The translations under genes and the position numbers were made by a program. Below are positions 39,040 to 52,559 of a stretch of 64,000 bases of DNA, piece after piece. How positions within the stretch are numbered: position 1 is the stretch's first letter; the number at the start of each line of letters is the position of its first letter. Origin of the DNA: Octopus sinensis (lineage: Eukaryota); assembly GCF_006345805.1 (NCBI RefSeq), contig NC_043010.1:2170001-2234000 (forward strand), given 5' to 3'. The notes beneath the pieces were generated by a model. That model saw only the letters and a program-made list of their open reading frames with translations, ran no database searches and was not told the DNA's origin.

Positions 39040-40560
39040 AGACAAGCAATACCTTGTGTGCCTCTTATGCCATTGCAAATAAATGTGGACAAAAAGCCTC
39101 AAGAAGCCTCATTTAATTATAAGGTAATTTGCATTATTTTGCCCAAAAGAAATGATGCATCTTGTAGTTGGTGAAGAAACAGTAAGAAATTGGAATAAAT
39201 TTGAATGATATATCTGTTTCCAATGACATGATGCAGAGACAGATAACAGGGATATTAGAGAATATTAGAGAACCAAGTTTTGAATGAAATAAAGACATCA
39301 ACAATGTTCATTATAAAGTCAGACAAAATGGCTGATGTCTCAATAAGCTCTCAATTATTGATATTTGTGCAATATATATATTTGACAGATATTTAAAGAC
39401 AATTTTTTTTTTTTTTGAAAATGTATAGAAACCGCAACAAAAGCTCGAGACATGTTGGGAACCGTTTACAATTTCTTTCAAGTAAATGGCTTGAAATGGA
39501 AAGAACTTGTTGGTACCTTGATAGTGCACCAACAAAGTATACAACTGATGGTGTATCTATTATGCATGGTTCAAGATCTGACTTCAAAAGATTAGAAAAT
39601 AGGTATGTCCAACAAGGGTCAACTTGGATCCATTGCTTTCTCCCCAGAGAGGTACTGGCACCAAAGACATTATCTAATAAATCAAATGCAGTTTCCAAAG
39701 GTTCGATGAAGTTGATCAATTATATCAAAATATTGGCTGTGAATATTAGATTATTTCTTTAAAAGATCTGCCTGGATGTAAGTTCTGAATTTGATGTTTT
39801 ACTGTTTAATACAGAAGTCTTAAACATCATTAAATCAAGTGTGGTTGTGTGGTTGAGAAGTTTGCTTCCCAAACTGAATGTTAGTCGTTTATAATATTCT
39901 GAAAAAACATGTCTAACCACAGAAAAATATTAGGCAACTGGCAAACAGGTATGGGTTGATGACAAGAAGTGCATCCAACAGAAGAAAATCTGCTCCAATA
40001 AAACTATGGCTGACCCATGGAAACTTGGGAAAATGAATGTTAAAATGGTGATGATGTATGGTAATTATCAACGGAAAACAAGTGAACCAAGTTTTTGAAA
40101 TAAGGGAAGAAGGGCTCAAGTTACTTTATCATAAGGAAAGTAAAAATGAATGCAAAAGTATCATAATCAGTCAAATTTAAATATAGCAATATATTTAAAC
40201 TTTTGAACAAGTTCAATCTTCAGCTACAAGATCAAGGTGCAAATCTAGTTTTATATCAAGACATACTCAAAATATATTCTTTGGAAAGTTAAAACCATAA
40301 ATTGTGAAAATTGATGTTGAGAATTTCTTCTTCAATTTCCATGGCTTAATGCTATGACCAGAGAAAAGAAAAATATGCAAACTGAAATTAATTGATCATT
40401 TGAGAAAGCTATATGATGATTTGAACATTATTTGTTAGAGATAAATATGACAACAGGTGAACTATCCTTCATCAGGAGCCATTTTATAGCAGATCTCAAT
40501 TATGTTCCATAAAATCTGTTGAAGCTGTATTTGGAAACAAAGAGCTCAAGAACTTTTCAA
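39040..40560 (+). pseudogene. Decayed hAT (Buster/Charlie, ZBED5/8-like) transposase
   Basis: SNDMMQRQI, ADVSISSQLLIFVQY, TDGVSIMHGSRSDFKRL, WIHCFLPREVLAPKTL, KLINYIKILAVNIRLF, SEFDVLLFNTEV, IFKLLNKFNLQLQ in the expected order; many stops and frameshifts; SINE pieces inserted at about 39840-40050. Confidence 0.88.
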
Positions 40561-40584
40561 ACAATTCTGCCATAGAAAGTCTTT

Positions 40585-40780
40585 AGGTAAGCAAAATGCT
40601 TAGCCTCATTTGCCCAGGTTTAGGTTTTGAGTTCAAATCCCACTGAGGTCGACTTTGCCTTTCATCCTTTCAGGGTTGATAAAATAAGTAGCAGTTATGC
40701 ACTGAGGTTGATGTAATCGACTTATCCCTTCCCCTTAATTTCAGGCCATGTGCCTATAGTAGAAAGAATTATTATTATTG
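40585..40780 (+). mobile_element. SINE family B, 5'-truncated
   Basis: gagttcaaatcccactgaggtcgactttgcctttcatcctttcagggttgataaaataagta...; other copies at 30490-30710, 34160-34495, 37900-38275, 44780-44965, 59060-59210. Confidence 0.85.
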
Positions 40781-42352
40781 TTCCTCACATCACCCTTGGT
40801 CATAGCTTCTTATTCCTCCAATCTATACCCAGCTCTTCTCTTGAGGGTACTTGGTGACCTCATTAGTGCTGGTACCATGTAAAAATCACCCACGACACTC
40901 TGTTAAGTGGTTAGCATTAGGAAGGGCATCCAGCTGTAAAAGCCATGCCAAAACAGTCACAGGACCTGGTGCAGTGCTCTTCCTTATCTATTCTTGTCAA
41001 ACCATCCAACCCATACCAGCATGGAAAAAGGGACGTTAGATGATGATGATGATGATGATGATGATTCCTCAGCCATTCAAGAGTGGATTTTGAGGACTTA
41101 GGAACAAATAAACAAGGCTTAATGTACAATGTATCTATGCAGAATATAACTTCAGAGTATATACTATACTGTTTCTTTTATAATTTGCAGGGACAACATA
41201 AATCAAAGTACAAACAGCAGATTATAATTTTCTGAAATCTCTTTGATCTTGTATCTGTTCACCGATTCTGTCAGCTGCAACTAAATCTTCAAGCAATTAT
41301 TGGAATGGGCTTATTGCATTTTAGCCATGCTATTAAAGTCTTCAGCTATTTTACTATTTTAGGTGCTTAGGATTAAAAAGAAAACAAAATGTTTTATTAT
41401 TCTCAACACAAAGCATTTTCTTTCTTTTTATCTTTTTATCTTCAACCATTTCCTTCTTATCTCCTTTGATGATGATGATGATCATCATCATCATCATCAC
41501 CACCATCATCATCATCATTGTCATCATAATACTGAGTGAGTCACTTTATAAGTATTTAAACTGAATTAGTATTTTGGGAGCCTAAAACAAGATGGAACAG
41601 GAAAATTCAAATTTAATTCCTATGAAATTCACCAAAACATTATTGAGACACCATGAATTTTTGTGTTTATTTTGGTTTTCACCTATACTCAACTGTGTTG
41701 GACATCGCGTGTGTGTGTGTGTGTGTGAGTGAGTTTGCATGTGTGCGTTTGTGTGTGTCTACCAGATAGAGGAAAGAGCATAGTAGAAAATACAAGAGTA
41801 TATTTTTGATTGAAAAGGTACACTTTGTTTCCCTTAATTTTGAAAAATAAAAAAAGTATGAAACAAACACATTATTTATGGGAGGATTCAATACATGTCT
41901 GAGAGCACCTTTAGTAACAAATGACCATGGGGTCGCACCTGGAAAGTTCCCCTCTGAGGCACAACTGTTGTTGCAACACATTTCAACAGCTGAGTGAACT
42001 GAAGCAACATGAAATAAAGTGTCTTGTTCAAGAACAATACACACTTCTCAGTCCAGGAATTGAACCCACAATCTCACGGTTGTAAACCTGATACTCTAAC
42101 CGCAGAGCCCTGTTTCTTCACTATATATAAACATATACACACACACACACACACACACATATATGCGTGTGTATGTGTGTGCGTGTATGTATAGGTATAT
42201 GTATAAGTGTATATATATATATATATATTATTACCTTTATATATTATTATGTTTATTGGCTAAACTGGCAAAATGACCATTCCTAAATACAACAATATGT
42301 ATATATATATAGGTATGAATATAAGTGTGTGTATATATATTTGTATATATGC

Positions 42353-43175
42353 ACGTGGTCTAATGAAAAAGTATCCGGACTGTAACAAAGCTAAAGCACG
42401 TAGAGTGAAGCTGCTTGGTATATATTGACCTTGAACACTGCTGTGCATGGACACTAAGTTTTACCATTCTAGCTCACATCTGCTGTTTACAGTAATGCTT
42501 GGAAGGAAGGTGCATTGCATGTGATTGTTGAATTGACAATGACAGAGCCAGTCAATTAAATTTTGCCAAACGCTTGGTGATACCTGCTCAGTGGTGTACA
42601 CAAAGATTTTGAAAGGTTTCCATCGTTCTAGACACAATCAAGGTGATCTTGTGCAACTGAGACCCGAATGTCTTTTTGGTCAGCTGAAAGTAGTTTTGGC
42701 ACAAACTTCACAAACACGAATTGCATACCCAAATCTTCTGCGATAATGGACTGAACTGAACTGTAACTAATCTGCACATCCTCTGATAACTCATGGATGG
42801 TGATTCAACAATTTTCCCTCACAGCTGCATGCACACCTGCAATGTTTTTCTCAGATCTGTTGGTTGTAATTCTCTGAACCACTCGTACACTTGTGTGTGG
42901 ATCATACACTCCTCTCCATACACTTTCTGCAACTTCGCATAAACCTTGATCAGGTATCACCATGACAACTTTCTAAGTCATGATCAATGCGACGATCGCA
43001 CACTACACACCTTCCTTCCAAGCAGTGCTGTAAACAATGGAAGTAAGCTAGAATGTTAAAACCTGGTGTGCATGTACAGCAGAGTTCAAGGTCAATCAGT
43101 GCCTAGCAGCTTTACACTGCATGCTTTAGCTTCGTTACTATGGCAGCAGTCCGGATACTTATTGATCAGACCTTG
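42353..43175 (-). mobile_element. Mariner-derived element with very long inverted ends and an N-terminal transposase remnant
   Basis: Ends aagtatccggact / agtccggatactt extend into roughly 180-bp imperfect inverted arms; minus frame AVRENC*ITIHELSEDVQISYSSVQSIIAEDLGMQFVFVKFVPKLLSADQKDIRVSVAQD. Confidence 0.88.
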
Positions 43176-43179
43176 TATG

Positions 43180-43324
43180 TAAGAATATATATATATATAT
43201 ACATTTATATATATATATATATACATATACATTTATATATATATTATATATATATATATACATTTATATATATATATAGATATATATATACATTTATATA
43301 TATATTATATATATATATATATAC

Positions 43325-43370
<46 letters not shown>

Positions 43371-43384
43371 ATATATATATATAC

Positions 43385-43420
<36 letters not shown>

Positions 43421-43424
43421 CATT

Positions 43425-43457
<33 letters not shown>

Positions 43458-43537
43458 ATATACTATATATATTTATATATATATATATATATTATATATA
43501 TATATATATATAGATATATATATAATATATATATATA

Positions 43538-43583
<46 letters not shown>

Positions 43584-43717
43584 ATATATATATATATATA
43601 TATACTATATATATACATATATATATATTTATATATAATATATATACATATATATATTTATATATATATATATATACATATATATATTTATATATATATA
43701 TATATATACATATAAAT
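43180..43717. repeat. Long degenerate (AT)n array
   Basis: Directly visible; a second array at about 44073-44345 flanks the other side of the palindrome. Confidence 0.98.
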
Positions 43718-44072
43718 TTATAAATGAGGATAATATCGATATTTAAATATCGATATTATCAAGTGGCCAGCATGGGAAAAATACCGTACAAAGGTAATAA
43801 TTTTTTACAATTAAAAATGAGGGTGTCTGAGAGACACCACCATGCCGAAATAGCAGTCGAAACTCTGACTATAAAAACCACGTTAAGTGTTCATATCGTA
43901 CCATGAGATGAGACAGAGGGACAAAATAGACTAGCAAAAGTTATTTGCTAGTCTATTTTGTCCCTCTGTCTCATCTATGGTACGATATGAACACTTAACG
44001 TGGTTTTTATAGTCAGAGTTTCGACTGCTATTTCGGCATGGTGGTGCCTCTCAGACACCCTCATTTTTAATT
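43718..44072. repeat. Large fold-back element (130/129-bp arms) plus 32-bp palindrome, probably Penelope-like
   Basis: Arms 43809-43938 and 43944-44072 differ by one substitution and one 1-nt indel, spacer AGTTA; perfect palindrome at 43729-43760. Confidence 0.85.
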
Positions 44073-44153
44073 ATATATACATATATATATTTATATATAT
44101 ATACATATATATATTTATATATATATATATATTTAATATATATACATAATATA

Positions 44154-44191
<38 letters not shown>

Positions 44192-44250
44192 TATATATTA
44201 TATATATATATATCTATATATATATATACATGTATATATAAGAATACATA

Positions 44251-44283
<33 letters not shown>

Positions 44284-47149
44284 CATATATATATATATGT
44301 ATATATAAGAATACATAAATATATATGTATGTATGCATGCATATACTTACATCTACACATAAACACCCACACACATAATGTAGTTAAATCTTATCTGTCA
44401 TCTATCACTACTTAGATCGAGAAACTAGTCTCATTCCAAAGCTCTCTACTTTAAATCTCTTTAGCTAAAACCATCGACCACATGTTATAGTAATTTTCAA
44501 AATATGTACTTACTAAAAATATTCGATTATATTTTTCCACATTAATAATCTCATCTATAGAGATGAACATTTTTTATTTCTAGTTTCATTTTGTTTGATC
44601 TTCAGACAGCATCAAGGAGTACTGCACTGGATAATAGTGTCACTTCCATTAGTTTTGAAATGAAAGTTTCAGGTTCAAAATCCATAGAATTCTATTTATG
44701 CAGATATCCTGAAATAATACAGCTATTGCTGACTGGAGATGAAAATGTAGTGTAGGTGTAAATATTGATTTCTAATATTGGCACGCTTGTTTTAGAAGTA
44801 GACATAGAAGATTTTATTGACCTTAGTATTTAACTGATAATTTAACACCACTAAAAGAATGAAACATGAAGTTGATCTCAGCAAGATTTGAACTCAGAAC
44901 ATAAAGGGTTATGACTGAATATCATAATGCACCTTGTCCAGTGCTCTAACAATTCTGCCAGGTAATTAGACATTTACTTAAAAATGTTAATCTTTTTGAT
45001 ATTAACCCACCTAAGATTGCTTCCGATTCTTTGATACAAAGCATTTAATATTAAAGTGTTCACGTTTAATCAAATCCTCCTATTATACAGAAACCTTTTA
45101 GTTAACAGACATCAAAACGGTTTCTAAATGCAATGATAAGTTTAATAAGGAAAATTTTAGTTGCTCAATAAAAGCACTCCAACTTTAGGAATATTTTTGA
45201 TAATGAAAAGAAACTTATAGGCAAAGTATTTTGTTAGACATGAGGTCAAGAAATGGTTATGCTTAGAAAAGCTTGATCTTCACCTTTTCAATTTGCAAGT
45301 CTTTGAATCAGCAGACAATGTCATTCCCACCCATTCACCTACCCACACATGCATAATTTGTCCCACAGCCATTATATTTACATATGCGAATGTAAGGAAG
45401 TAGCTTTAACTACCTACTCAGCCAAGTAGCACTCAACCATATTAGCATTGACAGCATAAACATTTCAGTCTGAAGTGCTATTGATTTCTAATAGCAGCAC
45501 AATGTCACATATTTTTACTGATTCATCCTTGTAAAGATGAGTGTTCAATAAATTATGGATATTTCTATTACAATTCTCTTTCATATTACTTTCATAGATC
45601 TGCCTCACAATTCTCTTTTTAGCAACTATTCACCATAAGCAAGAAAGAAAACTTCTACTCAGTTGCTTCATTGGCTGAAATTAGCAGCCAAATATCCTTA
45701 AAATCCTACCTTATAATTTTGAAAATGAACTCACTTCAACTAATGAAGTTTTTGATGCACTATACCTAAGCAATAGACAGAGTGGGTATGGCTGGAATGC
45801 TGATCAAGTGATGTAAATTTTATGCAAGTTGCTTATTTGATCAGCTGACTGACTATGTGCTCAATCGGGATTGGCCTAGGGTTAAACTAATAAGAATAAA
45901 ACGGTCTCTACTTTATCATAAATCAACCCTTAAAATATAACTGAAGTCCCAATTCAATTTGTTGCTACACACACTACAGATTCTAGATATCCTTCGTCCA
46001 TACTGCCATTAATCAGAGTCTGTAATAAGATGCTTGGTGTCACCCTGGTGTGCACCTCAAGTCATGGTTGCAGGCCATCAGAGCCAGTCTTATATTGATC
46101 TCTGGCCTCAACATTTATGTTTATGTTGTCATCAATGGAATATGGAGTGTCAGTCTGCTCAGAACAGTGACTGATGACATTAGAAGGCAGCTGTTTGGTG
46201 AAACAGGTTCATTAGGAGGAAAAGGCAAAGTCTGCAAGATAAAACCAAATGCAAGCATGGATGCAACTATGATATTATAATATTATACAGCGGAGATCAA
46301 GGAAGTTGAGGAAATGAATGACAGCATGCCATAAGGTCATTAGTTTATTTATAATAATAAAAAAAAAACCCAGCTAAAAGAGAAGAAAATAGAGAAGCAT
46401 AATGGATGAAAACATATTGTACCAGTGAAGTAGGAGGAAGATTTGTAAAAGGAATTGTTGACTGATGAAAACTCAGGAACCAGAAGAGAAATAATTATGA
46501 CAATATTGAGAAAATCATAACGTCTAGCAGATCAGATGTTGTGAAAATGGAGCACATGGTTATATACTATATTGCAGACTTCTTCCTCTTATTAGTATTA
46601 TCTTTATTTAATGTGGTTTCAGGTTCAGTACCACTGCATAGTACCTTGGGCAGGTGTCTTCTATTATAACACTGAACAAACCAAAATCTTGTAGGTGGAT
46701 TTAGAAGGCATAAACTGAAATAGACAACGCACATATATGTGTGTGTGTTAGCGTCTCTCTGAACACTTGCAATCATTATAAACAATTGCCAGTTACATAA
46801 GATGTATTCTTTGTTTGCAATCTTCCGGTAAAACAGTGTCCAGCTATGGGAAACATTACTTTGCTTGGAAACATGAGTGGTGTGCAACAGGAAAGGCATC
46901 AGGTCATAGAAAATCTACTTCAAGAAAATTCCATCTGACCAATGCTAGCAGGGAAAAGTGGATATTAAAATGATGGTAAATATACTAAATTGTATTCTTT
47001 GAACTTTAAAACCAACTTTCTAAACATCAAAATGAATTTTTGTTTTTCTTTAATCTACATCAACATTTCTACAACTGGGAATGGACTTGATCAAATCCAG
47101 GTAAATAGAATGGCCAGTAAAAAATATATTCACAATGGATATATATATA

Positions 47150-47563
47150 GGTGCAGGAGTGACTGTGTGGTAGCTTGCTAACCAACCACATGGTTCCGGG
47201 TTCAGTCCCACTGCGTGACATCTTGAGCAAGTGTCTTCTGCTATAGCCCCAAACTGACCAATGCCTTGTGAGTGGAGTTGGTAAACGGAAACTGAAAGAA
47301 GCCTGTCGTATGTATGTACATATACATAAGTGTGTGTGTATATGTTTGTGTGTCTGTGTTTGTCCCCCTAGCATTGCTTGACAACTGATGCTGGTGTGTT
47401 TACGTCCCCGTCACTTAGCGGTTTGGCAAAAGAGACCGATAGAATAAGTACTGGGCTTAACAAAGAATAAGTCCCGGGGTCGATTTGCTCAACTAAAGGC
47501 GGTGCTCCAGCATGGCCGCAGTCAAATGACTGAAACAAGTAAAAGAGTAAAAGAGTAAAGAGT
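47150..47563 (+). mobile_element. SINE family A, full length, least decayed copy
   Basis: Head ggagtgactgtgtgg...gggttcagtccc, catcttgagcaagtgtcttc, central (TA/TG)n, 3' ggggtcgatttgctcaactaaaggcggtgctccagcatggccgcagtc, tail (AAAAGAGT)n. Confidence 0.92.
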
Positions 47564-48950
47564 ATATATTTTTTGTTCTATAATAGCAAATAACAAATAG
47601 CTTTAATAGCAACAGCAGCCATGACACCGACAGAAACATTGACAGTGACTAATATTATTGACACCATTAACAACAATAAGAACACAGGAACAATGAAAGA
47701 AATTCAATAAAAAAAAAAAACCCAGATAACAGAAGGAGAATGAGAAGAGGGGGCTTTCATATGTTCAGCACAATAGCAAATTCACTTTAATGATCTTGAT
47801 CTTGCTATAATAGCTGAGAAGATGAGGAAGAAAGAAAAATATGTCAAATACTGTCAATCTACTGTTTTATGATGCATCAACAAAAGAGAAGAGTGAAGTC
47901 TGATATATAAAATATAGATAGTTTACAGGGTAGAGCTTTTAGTCTCGGTTACTGTATTTGCTGGTATATAAGCAGTACCCCTATTTTACAAGTATAATTT
48001 ATGAAGAAAACAAGTTTAGAATGCTTCACCATAGAGGCACAGATGTGGTTGCTTCTCAACCAGATGCTTCCAGATTCTGTCCCACTGCATGGTACCTTGG
48101 ACAGGTATCTTCTATTATAGCCTTGTGATTGGATTTGTTAGATTAAAACTGAAAGAAGCCCGTGTGTGTGTAAGTGTGTGTAATCTGTCCTCCCCTACCT
48201 CTAAACAACCAGTGTTGGTTTGTTTACATCCCCATAACTTAGCAGTTTGGCAAAAAGAGAATGCTAGAATAAGTACCAAGCTTTAAAAAAACAAGTCCTG
48301 GGGTTGATGCATTCAACTAAAAGTTCTTCAAGATGGTGCCCCAGCATGGTCAAAGTCTAATGACTGAAACAGATAAAAGATATGCATATAGAAAGATATC
48401 TTAAAGTTTTTTTGTAGAGGAAAATGTAAGATTTTGTGCATGTAAATACAATTTTAGGATAAAGTATGAAACCATAAATTTAGCATAAATAAACTGCATT
48501 ATGCTAGTACAGTATTTCAATTTTATCTTTTTTCAAATCATTTACGTAGTTGTTTCTATTTTGGTCAAGAGAATTGCCATACAGGCTATAAAAACTGTAA
48601 AATTTGACTGATGTTCTGTGTTACTCTGATAGGCCACAAGAGTGGCACACCACAGCTATGATATTGTTGTCATCCACTCATTGCAAGACTTGAGGCTACA
48701 GTTGTACAAGAGACAACAAAGAAGGGCAATAAGGTGCCTACAGATTCATATGATGTTGATTGACAGAAAGTTTAAACCTTTAGCATTTAAACAAGTCATA
48801 CCCAACAATATTCTATCGGTTTTATATTAAAACCAGCCAGATCCAGCCTCTCACACCTACTGTAAAATGTCATTCTAAAAATAATCAATCACATCATTGA
48901 AGTCTTGAAGATACAAGACAATGCAAGATTAATTCAAAACAATGTGAATA

Positions 48951-49471
48951 CTGTAAATCCTCGAGTATAGTCTGCCCTTGAGTATAATACGCAGGAGATT
49001 TTTAGGGGGATGTACCTCTGAAAAGCCTAAACCTTGTGTATAATATGCACCCCTTCTCTAACTTGAGTCATGCGTAATTAAGCCAGCAGCACGTAGTCGA
49101 ACAAACACTTCCGCACATGTATAATATAATAATGGTGATGTTCTTAATTGTTATATGGGAATGTATATATGTTTGCAAATTGTTTTTGTTACATGTTATT
49201 CTGTGTTCTGAATACTTTTATTTTAATAAATGTTGCTTACTGCAAGTTATGGATGATTCTTTTATGACTTCATTGCTTTCAGGCTTAGCTTAAGGTATTT
49301 CCCGCCCGACATCACAAAATGTATCAGAATAAACATTGCCAGACAGCAAATAGAGACTCGGACATTGATTAGAAAATACCTTTCATTTTTAACCTCGTAT
49401 ATAGTACGCTCTAGGGATTCTGACCTTTAAATTTTGGGGAAAAACTGCAGATTATACTCAAGGATTTATGG
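48951..49471. mobile_element. Tc2/pogo-like MITE
   Basis: TA|ctgtaaatcctcgagtatagtctgc ... gcagattatactcaaggatttatgg|TA; subterminal repeats of g(a/t)gtata(a/g)t-type motifs. Confidence 0.85.
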
Positions 49472-50697
49472 TAAATACGAAATACATTTGACAGATTAAT
49501 CTAAATGTGCATAGGTTAAGGGACGAGAAGGAAACAGGATGATAGCAATGAGTTCCACTGAGCAGCAACTCAATAAAAGAAGTTATAAGGATTATGACTA
49601 ACAGGAATCTTAATAGAGAAATGGTGTACTTAGCAAGAGATGCGTGATTTACGGAAAAACAACAAGGAAAAATTGAATAAAAAAAAAATATTATTTTGTC
49701 TTTTTTTTTTCTAAATGTAAGTATCTTGTCAAATTTTCCCCTAATTGTAAAATATTCTCCTGAAGACAAGACACAAAAATAAATACAAAGATGATTGTCA
49801 TTTACTTTGCTCTAAAATGCTTGAACTGTGTTAACAAAAAATAAAATCTGATTTTTGTTCACAATGTATACTAGATGTCATTTTTAGATCTATCCTCCTC
49901 ACCACCACCATTACCATCATCATCATCATCACCACAACCACCGTCATCTTCACATCACCACCATCACAGCCACTACCACCATCACCACCACCATCACCAC
50001 TATCACAGCCACCGCCAGTATCACAATCACCACCATCTACATCAGCATCATGATCTTCATCATCATTATCCCTATTATCTTTATTCTCAAGGTCATTGTT
50101 TTCATCATCGAGCTCATTATCATAGTTGTTATTGATGATGATGATGATGTTAACGGAAATGAAGCTGATGGTACACTTAAAGTGTGGATCCTAATACTGG
50201 TTACATTAATGATGATGACAATAACAACAGTAGCAGCAGTGGCAGCAGCGATGATGATGATGATGTTGATGAATGATGGTGATGAGGATGATGATGATGA
50301 GGAGGAGGAGGAGGATCATAGCTACGATGAAGATAGAATCAGAAAATTGTTTGATGCTTACAAATTAATTAATTAAACCCAGATAGTCATCATTTCCGTA
50401 GCAACAGAGTAATTTTTCGCATTACAGCAAACTCTTGTTCTTCTAATTCTATCATGGCACCCTGCCATCCATCCACCTACCCCACCCCACCCAGTAATTT
50501 GTCATTTCCACAATACTTTTACCTCAACCTCCCCACTTTCTTCTTTCTATGATGAAGTCAATTGTTTTTTTCGTCTTTATTTAAGCATTTTTGCTGTTGT
50601 TGTTGTTGTTGTTGGGGTAGTGGGGGGGTAAGTGTGGGAATCTTTTGTTTTTGTTTCATTCACCTTGCTCCCCCTCTATTCCACTCTCTCTCTCTCC

Positions 50698-50728
<31 letters not shown>

Positions 50729-51214
50729 CTTAGCCCTTTCTCATCCTTCTCAATCCATCTTACTCACCATACCACAGTCTCTCCATCTCTCCTTCCCTCT
50801 TTCTTTTTCGTTCCCTCTCTCTTTCTCATCTCTCCCTCTCCATCTTTCCCACTCTTTCATTGTCTGTCTCCCCTTTCGTACTCTTTCTCTTTCTTTCTTT
50901 CTCTCTCTCTCTCTCTTATCACTGTCACAACTTCCACTAATTGCTACTGAGCACCACACAAATTTACCTTCAGCAAATAGAAGGGGACGGAAAATTAAAA
51001 CACATTTAAATATAAACATGCAAACCTACCCCACTATCTATATATGTATTTATGTATGTATGTATGTATATATATATATATATATATACACATACATATA
51101 TACACACATACATATATATATATACATTCATACATATATATATATATATACACATGCATACATATATATATGCACATACATATACATACATACATACACA
51201 TATATATATGTATA

Positions 51215-51248
<34 letters not shown>

Positions 51249-51409
51249 CAAACAGATGTATACATACATACATATATATATACAAGTATGTATATATAAA
51301 GAATGACCGAATTTCATTACGCAATATTTTAGTATGGAAAAGCAATAGAAAACTCCAGCTAAGTCACAAGTATTTACTCACAAACAACTTTTATTTCCTG
51401 TCTTACAAG

Positions 51410-52174
51410 CGTTCAATGTGGCCACCACCTGCAGCAGGGGCAACATTCAACACACTTTTGCCACTGTTATCTACCATGGCTGTGGATTTGCTCAGCTCAA
51501 TGGGTCTTCTTCACAAGCATGACATAATGCCAAAGGTCCTGATCATTGCATCTGTGAGGTCCAACACACAAAAGGAACTCAGCCATTTTGCCTCTGTGAG
51601 CCCCAATGCTCGAAATGAAGTCACCCACTTTGCCTCCGTGAGGCCCAACACTTGAAAGGTTTTCGTTACATGCCCCCAGCATGGGTGCACTTGGATTGAC
51701 AGGTCCTCTCAAGCACAGCACATTACCAAAGGTCTCAGTCACTAATTATTGCCGCTGTGAAGCTCAAATTTAGAAGATCATGCCTCACCACCTCGTTGCA
51801 TGTCTTCCTGGGTCTACCTCTACCACAGGTTCCCTCCACAGTTAGAGATTGGCACTCCTTTACACTACTGTCCTTATCCCTATGCATCACATGACCATAC
51901 CAGCATGTCATCTCTCTTGCACACCTCATCTAATGCCTCTTATGCCTAACTTTTCTCTCAAGATGCTTACACTCTGTCAAACATGCACACTAGTGTTGAA
52001 CATCCAGCGAATCATACTGGCTTCGTTTCTTTGAAGCCTACACATGCCTCAGCTTTCACAGACCATTCTTCACTGCCATGCAGCATAGCTGTTCACACAC
52101 AGGCATCAAACAATCTGCCTTTCACTCTGAGAGAGAGGCTCTTTGTTTCCAGGAGGGGTAGGAACTCTCTGAAC
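51410..52174 (-). mobile_element. RTE-clade LINE 3' fragment (ORF2 end plus UTR)
   Basis: [33 protein letters not shown]...CWYGHVMHRDKDSSVKECQSLTVEGTCGRGRPRKT; UTR with three cctcac(g/a)ga(g/t)gcaa repeats and a duplicated gacctttgg block. Confidence 0.9.
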
Positions 52175-52202
52175 TTTTATATATATATATACATACACAC
52201 AC

Positions 52203-52233
<31 letters not shown>

Positions 52234-52234
52234 T

Positions 52235-52273
<39 letters not shown>

Positions 52274-52559
52274 ATACACTCATATATATATATATATATA
52301 TATATACCCATATACATATACACACACACACATATATACACTCAGATATATATATATCTCAGAAGTTCCTTGAGTATTTAAGTGTGTGTGTGTCGTGGTG
52401 GTGAGGAGTATGTATGATTCAGATAAATATCTCCTTCACACTGATATGTGGTTGGTAGTTTTGGTAAAGGAGAGGCAATTTCTGAAGCATATGTTACAAA
52501 TTTATTAAATGTAATATAAAAATACACTAAAGCAGAGGTGGAATGCACTCACATCATTG

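Noticed and set aside
39415-39762. 115-aa ORF as a domesticated ZBED/SCAND-type gene
   Set aside because: It is one open stretch within a transposase relic full of stops, frameshifts and SINE insertions.
43140-43715. 191-aa ORF, and the other long I/Y/C/V/T/H ORFs (16458-16988, 17364-17850, 50562-51655, 52505-53011, 53662-54497)
   Set aside because: Translations of (AT)n/(TG)n/(CT)n microsatellites, which lack stop codons by construction.
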